NCBI GenBank assembly: GCA_964016885.1
Contig: OZ024742.1
Location: 308,388,001-308,452,000, forward strand
Origin: Eledone cirrhosa
Lineage: Eukaryota
Direction of reading: 5' to 3'
Length of the DNA stretch: 64,000 bases
Shown: one piece after another, positions 1 through 10,255 of the stretch
Layout of the letters: each line of letters starts with the position of its first letter
Numbering within the stretch: the stretch's first letter is position 1
Notes under the pieces: generated by a model
What the model was told of the DNA's origin: nothing
The model's input: the letters and a program-made list of their open reading frames with translations, nothing else
Databases searched by the model: none
Made by a program: the position numbers and the translations under genes

Positions 1-50
1 GCAGTACGAAGAGTTTGTACTCCTTTCCTCTCCTCCTCCTTTTCCTCAAC

Positions 51-3000
51 CTACAGGCTGATATAGAGAGAAGGCCCATTCACTCGGGCCATTCTCGCCA
101 CTTTCACCCACCTTTCATAAAACTTGCTGGGGTACAGCACCTCTCTCTCCATCCTGATTCTTCTTCCAAAGTGGTATTTGAAAAAAAGAATCAGTTGTTG
201 GCCGGAGAGAAAGGTGTCTGACCTCAGCCCTTTCAACCTTGTCCACCATACAACCTCTTTCGCCATAGCTATCACACAAAGGAAAACGGCCTCTCCTTCG
301 TTTTTGAAGGAGGGTGGCGGTTTGATCATGACAATGGACTCGGTGGTCAACTGGATTGGTCCCACCCGCGACAATAGTCGTTCTAAATAGCCCTACAGGT
401 CAGTGACGCCCGGGCAGTGTATGAATGCGTGCGCGACGGTTTCTTCGTCTCGCACGCACCTCGGACAGATCTTTTTTGCAGGGTCCCTGCCCGGGCGCCC
501 ATGTCTGTAGAGCTTGTCTCGAACTGGTAGAGTTCCTCGGTAGCACTGCCAGGCCAGGGACTTTTGGAAGTTGTCCATCGGTCCCGGGCGGAAGGTCCTA
601 CCGAACAGACTGGCCAGTTCATCTTCCTCCACGCCTAGAGTTTCACCGAGCGCGTCGTCGCACTTGCTGCGGACCAACCCTCTATAGAATGACGAAGTGG
701 AGTCTCCACTGATCGCCGGGTCCGCCTGCCAGAGGGCTGTGAGCGCCTGAGCACATTCGATGTGCCAGTCGCCCATTTTCCTCGGTCTCTGCTTGACCCA
801 GGACTGCAGCTCGGTCAGCGAGACGAGTCGTGGGAAGGCTCGCCTCACGAACGGGGCCCACACCGGTTGTCCGGTGAGGAATACGTAGAGATGCCGCAGC
901 CTGAGCGCGTGTTTGCGCATCGTCAACCACGGCATCCCCAGCCCTCCGTTAGAAGGGTGTTGGCAGCAGATGGATCTTCTTACCAAAGGAGCCCGCCTCT
1001 TCCAAAGAAATCGGAAGAGGGCGCGCTCCATTTTGGCGAGCGTTTTGGCTGGACAAGGCACGACGGTCAAGCGGTAGTAGATGGCGGACGCTATAAAAGT
1101 GTTCGCCACCTCCGCTCGACCTTTCAAGGATAGTTTGCACTCGGCCCACTTCTGGGTGAGTGCAAACACCTTGGCCGTCACTTCGTTCCAGTTCTTCTCC
1201 ACCTGGAGGTCCGGACCAAACCAGACCCCGAGCAGCTTTACCGGTCCTTCCGTCCAGCGTCCGACGACGCTATCGGAAGGCATCGGTCTGCCTCTCCACG
1301 ATCCGAGTTGCAAACCGATGGACTTGTCCCGGTTCAGCTTCGCTCCTGTGAGACGTTCGTATTCCTTTAGTAAGGTGCCGACTTCCTCGATTTGCGAGGC
1401 GCTCGACACCATTACTGTCACGTCGTCGGCGTAGGCCGACGCCGCTTTCCGCAGTCCCGGTTCCAGAGGGATGCCCTGCAATAGCTCCAGCTTCCGCAGT
1501 AGTGGCTCGAGAGTCAGTACGTACAGAAGGGAGGAGAGAGGGCATCACTGTCGAATGGATCGCGTAATATGGAACGGCTCCGAGAGGTAACCGTTCACCT
1601 TGACCCTTGAGCAGATGTTGCTGTTGTGCATTGCAGCAATCCAGCCCCTGAACATGGGTCCGAAGCCTGCCGCCTCGAGCACCGCATCCAGGTAACGATG
1701 GTCAACCCTATCGAAAGCCTTAGACTGATCCAAGTTGATCAGGGCCCCACCGAAGCCGGGTTTACACCCTACCCTCTCTATGATGTATCGCATGAGGTGG
1801 AGGTTGTCGTGTATGGACCTGGTCGGGATCGCGCATGTCTGCGCTTCTCCCACCAGGTTCTCGACGACAAGCGCCAGCCTCTTTGCCAACACCTTGGCCA
1901 AAATCTGTAACTCTGTGTTTAGCAGAGTTATGGGCCGGAAGTTGCCTATGTCATCCCCCTTATTCTCGTCCTTCCTGATTAGTGTGACCACGCCCCCGGT
2001 TACAGAACTGGGAATTCTCCCGTTCTGTTGTCAGTTGCAGTAGACCGCTTCCAGGAGACCGGAGAATAAGTCCGGCATTGCTACGTAAAATTCGTAGGGT
2101 AGACCGTCGAGACCTGGAGATTTGCGTTTGCCGCATTGGCTCAGCGCGTCCCCTATCTCAGTGGCTGAAATCGGCTTTTCGCAGAACTTCGCCTCGCTGT
2201 CCGAGAGTCGCGGTAGGCCGTCGAGGTATGGACCGAAATCCATAGCCTCTCCCGGCGCGCCGCTCCCCCCGAACAGCCGAGCAAAGTGCCGCTGAAAAGC
2301 CGCACACATCTGCTTCGGCTCACGTATCACGCGTCCGTTTTGGTCCTTCAAAGACCGAATCGTGGACTTGTTGCCACTTTTTGCCTCCGTCACTCGGGCC
2401 CAGCTAACAGCTTTGGCTCCCTCGTTTCCCAGAGCACGTATTTTGCTTCTGACAACGCAGCCCTCGTGCTTTGCGTCGAAGAACTGGTCCAAGGCCGTTC
2501 TCGTTGCTAGCACGCTGGCTACGTTGCCACTTCTAATAGCCTCTTCTACTTTATCTACCAGTTCCTTCTCGGTTCTATTTCTATCTAACGCTAATTCTTT
2601 ACTAAAAACTATCGAGTCTAATCTAACTGCCCTCTTGAGAGAGTACCACCATCTGTTGTTGACAATGGCCCCTGTCAAGTGCTGTTTAACTAAAGTGCTA
2701 ATCCGTCTACTGTAGGCTTTGCTTGTCGGTAACGACAAGTTCAGCTTCCAGTAGCCGGGTCCTTGTCTATGGGTTCTATCAAGGTTGGCCATGCAGGTCA
2801 CTAGTTTGTGATCTGAATAGGCAACCACGAACATTTGTGGACAGCTTAACATGTCCCTATCCTTATTTCTAACTAGAACCCTATCTAGGTACGATCTAGA
2901 TGTTCCGCTACGATTACTCCACGTCCACAGTGGCGCAGTCGGAAAATCTAGTCGATATCTATCGGCCAGGTCAAATCGGTCGATTAACTGTTTGAGGCTG

Positions 3001-3488
3001 TTACACCCCCCTTTATCGGGACATGCTCCCACATAGTCCCAACGTGCATCTAGGATTCCATTCCAGTCCCCCACTAAAAGCAAGGAGCGGGACGTTCCCA
3101 GAAAAGTCTCTAGACGTTTGAAGAAGTCTGGCCGCGGTGTCCCGGATGGGGCATATGCGGCCACCAGCCTGAACGCTCCACCTTCACTACCGTCAACGTC
3201 TAGGACCACCAGTCGACCCTCCGGGTCCAGATGTACCGTCTGTGTTACGAGGCCCAGGTGTTTCCGCAGCAAAACGGCAACTCCGCCCCCACCCCCCGGT
3301 TGACAGAGAGATGCGTAGATCTCAAAGTCATCGAAGATGGGGGCCAGCTGTCGCTCGCCGTGGATCCTGGACTCGCAAATGGCTACCACATCCAAACTGT
3401 GCGACCTGAGGTCGTTTAAGAGTTTGCCCTGTTTCCAGGGCATCCCCAGGCCGCGTACGTTCACACATCCAACTCTTATATTGGCCAT
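51..3488 (-). pseudogene. ORF2 (APE endonuclease + reverse transcriptase + C-terminal Zn motif), about 1145 codons with three in-frame stops
   Basis: ORF pieces 2031-3488, 1545-1991, 393-1481 and 51-374 share one frame; motifs VNVRGL, GDWN, SYLDR, SDHK, FRPITLLN, DQSKAFD, YADD, CPRC..ETVAHAFIHC. Confidence 0.92.
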
Positions 3489-3521
3489 GTTGGTGCTGAA
3501 AAGTTAAAAGAGGAAAAGAGA

Positions 3522-5438
3522 TCACTCACCCTTCGCCTCCTGGGGACCAGGCCGCACGATTTCCATGGGGGTGTTGGAGGGGTTGTCTGGATGGGTGGTG
3601 GTTTCCGGCGGGGTGGGGACGCAGATGTTTGGTGGGGTGGGGTCTGGTGGAATGGGGGTGTCTGGGGTGGGGAGGCATTTGAGAAGGACGCGGTTGAGTG
3701 GTTTCACGCAGGAATTCCCCACATCCTTCTCAAATGTTTCTTTTAGGGACCTATAAGTTTGTATAGGGACCCTAATCAGTTTTAGGTTCATTTTTTTGCT
3801 ATTTTTTATAGAGTGGGCGAAAGTATTCCCTTCGGTGAAAACCGAAGGGTCGTTCGTAATGGTCTCCATTAGTGTTTTGTTTTCAGTGTTTATGTAAGTG
3901 TAAGTGTAATTTTCTTGTGTTGTGTTTGTTTTTGTCTGTAGTTCTTGTGTGTGCTTTCGTTTTGTTGTAGGTATTTTGTTTTCAGGAGGTGGGGGTTTTG
4001 TTTGTGATATTTTTGTTGTTTGTGTTGGTGGTTGTATGTTTGTGGTAGTGTTTGCTGGTTTTTTGCTTTTGTGATGTCTTTTTTTTCTTTTCGAGCGATG
4101 GGGTTCTCCCTCGTCTTCACTGGGTGATGGCGAGATAGCCTCATCTGTTGTATCGTCTGTGTGATTGGGGAGGGGTATGTCTTGGGGAGCTGTTGTGTCT
4201 GTATGTGATTTTGCAGTGGTTTTAGGTGGAGTGAGGTTGGGTGGGACTGTGTTTGTTGTGGTTATTTTTGTGTGTTGGTGTTGTTGTTGTAGTGGTGGTG
4301 TTGGTGGTTGTGTTGTTTTGATGGGTGTTGGCAGAAGAGCCTTTTTTTGGTTCATTAGTTTAGGACAGGAAGCCCTCAGGTGACCCCTGCTAAAGCAATG
4401 GTAACATGAAGGCCGCCTACCCTCAACCGAAAGGTTTATGTAGGTAAGTCCGTCGAGGAGTACACGCTGTGGGATCATAGCTATTCGCTCTGGGCTCATT
4501 TGCACCAGAACTTCAATGCTAGTCCCATTGAATACATCTCTGGGGGACTTGCCTGCTGACAGTATTCTGTCTTCATCAAAATTGATGAAGCCGCACAGTA
4601 TCCACCATATGTTCACCTTTGGTGTGACACTTGTGATTCTGATCTTTTGTGTCCTTTTTCCCATGTATGTAGGGAAAAAGGTGTACAGGTTGGATACAAT
4701 TGGCGACACAGAGTAATTTTGGGCCGTCAATTGATCCTTCATCAGTACCGAAATACTCCCAAAAAGTTTGCTTCTTTGAATGAATGCAATATCATTCATT
4801 GAATCTTTGAAAACCAGTTCAATATCTTTCTGTGACAATTGGACTGGTTTTCGGGTAGAATTGGAAACTGTCCTAAAAACTATCGTTTTGAGAGCAGTTT
4901 CCTTGCGAATTTCTACCGGAGAATTGATGCTGAAAGCACCATTTTTTTCGAAGGTGACATATCTCTTAGCGTCCTTTAAAAGGTGTTCAGCATTTGTTAT
5001 GTCGAGATATATCAATTGTTCTTTCTTTTGAACTTTCTCCGCAAAGGAGATTTTTGGTTTCTTTGTGGAATCCGTATTGGTGGTGTTGTCATTATTGTTG
5101 TTATTCTTGTTGTTATTCTTGTTGTCACCGATGTTGGTATCATCCGTATTTTCCTTGGTGTTGTTGTTGTCTTTGATGCTGGTGTTATTGGCGTTGTCTT
5201 TATTTTTTTCTTTGTTGTTGTTATCATTGTTGCTTTTATCATCATTATTGGTTTTGCTGTTATTTTTGTTGTCATTGAGCTGTTTGGTGTCATTTGTGTT
5301 GTTTGGATGTGAATTCGTTTTTTTATTTTCATTTTGTCTTTCCATCTCTATAGTATCTAGTGAAGAAGACGTTGTTGACTGCGAGCTTTGTAGTCTTACC
5401 GCCTCTCCACCACCATTATCGTTGGACGCAGCGTTCAT
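3522..5438 (-). CDS. ORF1 gag-like nucleic-acid-binding protein (638 aa), intact
   Basis: Asn-rich N-terminus, globular core, CCHC knuckle CYHCFSRGHLRASC, Pro/Thr/Lys-rich tail; homologous to the ORF at 42116-43477. Confidence 0.85.
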   Translation of the reverse strand: MNAASNDNGGGEAVRLQSSQSTTSSSLDTIEMERQNENKKTNSHPNNTNDTKQLNDNKNNSKTNNDDKSNNDNNNKEKNKDNANNTSIKDNNNTKENTDDTNIGDNKNNNKNNNNNDNTTNTDSTKKPKISFAEKVQKKEQLIYLDITNAEHLLKDAKRYVTFEKNGAFSINSPVEIRKETALKTIVFRTVSNSTRKPVQLSQKDIELVFKDSMNDIAFIQRSKLFGSISVLMKDQLTAQNYSVSPIVSNLYTFFPTYMGKRTQKIRITSVTPKVNIWWILCGFINFDEDRILSAGKSPRDVFNGTSIEVLVQMSPERIAMIPQRVLLDGLTYINLSVEGRRPSCYHCFSRGHLRASCPKLMNQKKALLPTPIKTTQPPTPPLQQQHQHTKITTTNTVPPNLTPPKTTAKSHTDTTAPQDIPLPNHTDDTTDEAISPSPSEDEGEPHRSKRKKRHHKSKKPANTTTNIQPPTQTTKISQTKPPPPENKIPTTKRKHTQELQTKTNTTQENYTYTYINTENKTLMETITNDPSVFTEGNTFAHSIKNSKKMNLKLIRVPIQTYRSLKETFEKDVGNSCVKPLNRVLLKCLPTPDTPIPPDPTPPNICVPTPPETTTHPDNPSNTPMEIVRPGPQEAKGE

Positions 5439-5655
5439 AACGTAATCAAAATTTTACAATATTTTTTCCAAGATTCGATGGAGAAAAATTTTTTAAATGG
5501 ATATTCCGCCCCTGAAGGGGCGAAAATGAGTTGACCCACCACCTGAAGGCCCAGACGGGTGGTCAAGTTACACAATGATATAAAATTGAACTAAAAACTC
5601 ACGTTTTTTCCTTACATAAATTAACGGAAACTTCTCCGCGAAGTGACACACGACT

Positions 5656-5662
5656 GATAGAG

Positions 5663-5759
<97 letters not shown>
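5656..5759 (+). repeat. (GATA)n microsatellite flanking the 5' end of Tx1 copy 1
   Basis: About 25 GATA units read directly. Confidence 0.97.
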
Positions 5760-6493
5760 TATGTGTGGTCTGTGTGCATTTACCTGTCCTTTATATTTAT
5801 TTGCCATATACTTCGGCTGCATAGTGAAACATTTGGATATTTCTTGAGAGCTCTGCTTTCTGAATTCAAATCACGCCGTGGTCCATGTTGCCTTTCACCC
5901 TTTCAAGTTCGACGAATATAGTACTAGTTTAATATTGGGGTCGATTCTTCTCCTATATCTATGTCTTAAGTCTCTCTGTCTCTCTCTATTTCTATCGATA
6001 AATAACGACTTTGATGTAATGGGCTTCTGTAGGTGTAAACAGCAGAAAAACATTTCCGTATCTCACACCGGCGCCCCAACAACACCATTCAGTGTCACGG
6101 AATCAGTGACTGTGATATATGTATGCTCTGGTTTTATTTTCTGTATTAATTTGTCACCAATGAGGAGAGAGAGCCAGTTTCTAGCCCTTGAGACAAGGCT
6201 GTTTGATTGGAATGTAGACAACATCAAAATAATTATGTATCTATGTATGCAAAGGGCGGAGGAACTCAGCAGGGTCAACGACCATCCAAATAGTAGGTTT
6301 TTCCTTTTTTCAATCACCTGGGAGTGAAAAGCCACCAGTTGTTGTCACAACACCTTTCTGGAGAGGGAAACTCTGAAAGAAAGCCTGCGACTTCGGAAAC
6401 ATTCGATGATATTGACCAGTTCTCCTTTTCGGTAGTGTTTTCGATGCCCAGAGAGTGGGATTGATCGAGTGCAAGGCCTTTCTCCACTTAAAA

Positions 6494-6630
6494 AACCTTC
6501 AAAGCAAAGGCATTGCTTGTTCAGGATATGTTAAAGGTTCGTGTGGCTGTCCGCAGCTTAAAAGTGCACCAAACTCTATAATCTGACAAGCGATTGCAAT
6601 ACACTTAGCAGAGTTTGCAACCATCATGTA
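6494..6630. repeat. Dispersed ~140-bp repeat (inverted copy at 50131-50268) next to a (TATG)n-type tract
   Basis: Reverse complement aligns without gaps, with about a dozen substitutions. Confidence 0.8.
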
Positions 6631-7188
6631 TGCATGCATGTATGTATGAAAGTATGTGTGTACGTACGTACGTGTGTATGTATCTATGTACGTACGTATG
6701 TGTGTGTATATGCCTGTATGTATGTATGTACGTAAGTACGTATGTATGTAGGTATTTATGTATGTATGTATGTATGCAAGAATGTTTGTATGTATGTACA
6801 TCTGTATGTTTGTATTTATGTATATGTATATGCACGCGTTTCTGTGCGTGTTTCTGTGTTTAAAGTCAGATACAGGACATACCGAACAACCCCCGCTTGA
6901 GTTTGAATCACACCTCCATGAGGAAACGACATGTTCGACGCCGTCGGACATCGAATACCACTACAACCATTTCTGATTCGACCACAAAGTTAATTATGGA
7001 AATGGATTCATCATGGACGATTCAATACAGACCAATATATTAGTTGTTCTTATATTTGCAGACCCCTAGGGAGTAAAAGTATAACATAACTTGTCGTGAT
7101 TTGTACACTGAATCTGGAATGATGAAAGTAAATACTATAATGTATTAAGAGTGGCGTTTAGTTGTCTCATCTATATCCTTCATTACAG

Positions 7189-7264
7189 TATTTCGTATAG
7201 ATTTTGTTGTACGACTAAGGTCAAAAGCGAGGCAAGCCGAGAACAACATTGAAGAAACTCGACT
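7189..7264 (+). CDS. Candidate host-gene exon (FRIDFVVRLRSKARQAENNIEETR)
   Basis: Pyrimidine-rich acceptor ccttcattacag, open frame, donor gtgagt; phase-compatible with 8231-8279. Confidence 0.3.
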
Positions 7265-7495
7265 GTGAGTAAAATTCCCGAGTCAATTTAATAGTTTATT
7301 TGTTAAATGTTTCTCGGTGTCACTGTCGTATCATCTTATCAAATATACTAATGTTATTCAAGCTTGTATTTCTACAATTTTTTAGTAGTTTGCTTTCAAA
7401 GGTCAGTTTTATTTATAAAGGATCCAGATAGGTTAGATAAATAGATAGGTTAGATAAATAGATATGTAGATAAATAGATAGGTAGATAAATAAAT

Positions 7496-7500
7496 AGAGA

Positions 7501-7559
<59 letters not shown>

Positions 7560-7580
7560 TGAGAGAGAGAGAGAGAGAGA
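7496..7580 (+). repeat. (AG)n microsatellite
   Basis: Direct reading. Confidence 0.95.
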
Positions 7581-8230
7581 AGATTAGTCTCAATCAAAAA
7601 CCAAATGAAATGCAATAAGCTTACACACACACATATACACACACGGGGCAGATACTCTTTCGAGATCTGAACACAGCCAGCCAATTTCTGTCGAAGAGAG
7701 AGAGAGATATAGAAAGAGGGGGTGGGGGGGGGTAGAGAGAAAATGAGAGAGAGGCACAGAGAAAAAGTTGACCCAAGTACTATACTGCTACTTTTTATCA
7801 AACTCGAAAAAACTGAAAGCCGAAACTGACCACTGCGGGTTGTGAACTCATAGCGTCGGAATGAATACTACACAGCGTTCTCACCGATCTTCTAACGACT
7901 CTTCCACTTCATCTTACTTTGAAATACGACTTGATTTATGGAATTTAATTTTGATGCTCTGCAGAAATTTTGTGGCTAACTGTGTATTAAATAAAACCTC
8001 AGATTTTGTTGTATTCTAAGGATAATATCGTTATTACTGTGTATGTATAAAAGGTTTTGATACGTTGTTGATAAGTTGTTAATATAGTGAGTAAATGTGT
8101 GTGTGTATGTGTGTATTTATTTGTGAGGTGTGTGTATTATTGTTGTTATGTATGTGTGTATGTATATGTGTGTTTGCAAGAGGAGGAATTCTATTTATCG
8201 ATATATAATTCTTTGTTACTTTGCACTTAG

Positions 8231-8279
8231 TGCTTCCGAGGAATCGTATATTGAAGGAAATCTACGTTTTCAATGTTAA
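8231..8279 (+). CDS. Candidate terminal exon (ASEESYIEGNLRFQC*)
   Basis: Acceptor ttctttgttactttgcacttag; phase continues from 7189-7264. Confidence 0.25.
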
Positions 8280-8364
8280 CCTTGTTATTTTTCTATACAT
8301 TGTTGAAATGTTATGGTATAGATTATAAGTGGCTTCAGAAATTGATTTGTATAGGGAAGACTAA

Positions 8365-8650
8365 CGGAATGGCCAGCTCGTGAAACTTAGGTGTACGTGG
8401 CTGTTATTTTTACAGACATATATACCATTAGGGACATTCAATATGACAGAGTGTACGATAGGACTAGTCCTTCGAATTACAGGTACAATTCATAATAGTG
8501 ATCTCCAATCCGTCTAATTCACTTTCCCTCACAAAGCAAGAGTAAACTTGAAGGGATAATAAATGATATTGCCCAATATGCAACGCAATGTGATCGAACC
8601 TGGCACCTAATGTGATTGCGAATCGCCCTTTTTAACTAAATGCAGCGACT
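8365..8650 (-). mobile_element. Degenerate tRNA-derived SINE, family 2
   Basis: Minus-strand B-box-like ggttcgatc followed by ttgggcaa; resembles the copies at 24840-25115 and 49690-49865. Confidence 0.45.
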
Positions 8651-9224
8651 ATGGGTGGGATATGATCATGGAGAAGAGTATTCTGTCATACAATTGACTA
8701 AAGTTTCCTGTAGCGAAGTGGAGGTTTATAAAGGGGAATGAAGAATTCTATCGTTTGATAAAGGTTGTATTTGGAAATATTTCATTTATTACTAACGTCA
8801 AGTGGAAATATTGGGTCATCAAGAATGGAAATTTGTAGAAAGAAAACGAAGTTCTACAAATTTCATACTTGACGACTCAATATTTGTATCACAGGTAAAA
8901 TGAGGTAATAACGTAGTAGGATTCTCATTAGATCAATTTTATGGGGTGTGCTTTTCGAAAAATACTACTCGATCGATGTTTAAAGATATTAGGGTTGCCT
9001 TGGATATTAGGGTTGCCTTGTATTAATAGTGAAGATGTACACTTGTGCGAGCAAATATACGTGGTGCACGTATTTATTCCCCAGAAAGTAAATCCACACG
9101 AATGTGTTTGCATGTAGTATCAGAATGTGAGTAGCGTAGTCAATACTGCACGGACATTAATACCATATATCTGCAGTCTAGACAAACGTCCAGACAAACG
9201 CGCAAACATGCATACAACACGCAT

Positions 9225-9288
9225 ATATTTGTATATATATATATACGTACATATATGTATATACGTACAACATACACACGTACACACG

Positions 9289-9386
<98 letters not shown>

Positions 9387-9396
9387 CATACATATA

Positions 9397-9431
<35 letters not shown>

Positions 9432-9457
9432 GTGTGTGTGTGTGCGTGTGTGTGTAA

Positions 9458-9490
<33 letters not shown>
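9225..9490 (+). repeat. Compound (TA)n/(CA)n/(TG)n microsatellite
   Basis: Direct reading. Confidence 0.95.
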
Positions 9491-9493
<3 letters not shown>

Positions 9494-9494
9494 A

Positions 9495-10255
9495 TTCAGG
9501 TTGTGACGAAAGTTCTGTCCGTTTTAGGCTCAATAAAAAACACTATATCAGATTTATTTAATCGTTTATGTTGTCATCATTCTTCTCTATGACGGAGTCA
9601 CTAATGTTTCCACTTAACATTATGGTTAAGTATCTATTTCTCATCTCCAGTAATGACTCTTTTAAAGAAAAGCATTTGCAACTTACGAGAACGCGATGAT
9701 GCCCAGCAGTCAACACGTTGTTTGCAATTATCTGCAGAGAGATTATGCTGAACCAATTTTCCCACTTTTGACGCTTTACGAAGCCTTTTAAATTCACGTT
9801 GAATGGTGATATGGCTCGCATTGAAGTCTGTACTTAGTTCCCGAACTGTAGCGATAGTATTTGCATCAACAGCGGCTTCCAATACATCAGGAAACGGCCT
9901 TTTTCGGCTCCCTTGTCTTGATTCCTCCTGCAGGGTGTTGTCCTCTTTTTGGAATCAAGAAAACTATTTCCTGCATATTCTTTTAGTCACCACACAATCT
10001 CCATAAATGTTTTTGGAGTGGTTTTGTATTATTACGTTTTTGAAATGCAAAAAGAGTAATATGACGAATGTGTTATTTAATTAGATATAACATGGCGCCA
10101 GTACAACCGCTTTAATAAGGATAAGTTTGACAAATTCCGAAAGAAAATGACACATATTAGTGATTTCCACATATTTTAAATATAATTGAGAAGATAGACA
10201 CCTTAAATCTCTACTAGAAAACGAAAACTGATAAAACTTTCATTACAATCAGATA
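9495..10255 (-). mobile_element. Internally deleted mariner element with a transposase fragment
   Basis: ORF 9634-9882 has TVRELS, KLVQHNL (WVPHEL-like) and ITGDEK; imperfect ~30-bp TIRs ttcaggttgtgacgaaagttctgtccgtttt / aaaactgataaaactttcattacaatcaga. Confidence 0.8.

Larger units (their letters stand above)
1..5655 (-). mobile_element. Tx1/L1-clade non-LTR retrotransposon copy 1 (5'-complete; 3' UTR runs off the window start)
   Basis: ORF1 with CCHC knuckle, then ORF2 with APE endonuclease, RT and C-terminal Cys/His motif; 5' end abuts (GATA)n at 5656. Confidence 0.93.

Noticed and set aside
393-2033. Programmed read-through or selenocysteine at the three in-frame stops of copy 1 ORF2
   Set aside because: The other copies have Trp/Gly codons there and one stop is TAG, so these are ordinary nonsense mutations
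682-5445. Many short alternative-frame and antisense ORFs within the Tx1 copies
   Set aside because: Shadows of GC-rich or low-complexity coding sequence with no motifs
5507-5568. Plus-strand ctgaagg..cgaaa as a hammerhead
   Set aside because: The core is not CUGANGA, there is no stem III or cleavage triplet, and it is not conserved in copy 3
9120-9561. ORFs rich in YI/CV/HT repeats (also near 6.6, 15.9, 21.1, 29.6, 33.9, 53.7 and 60.8 kb)
   Set aside because: Translations of microsatellites
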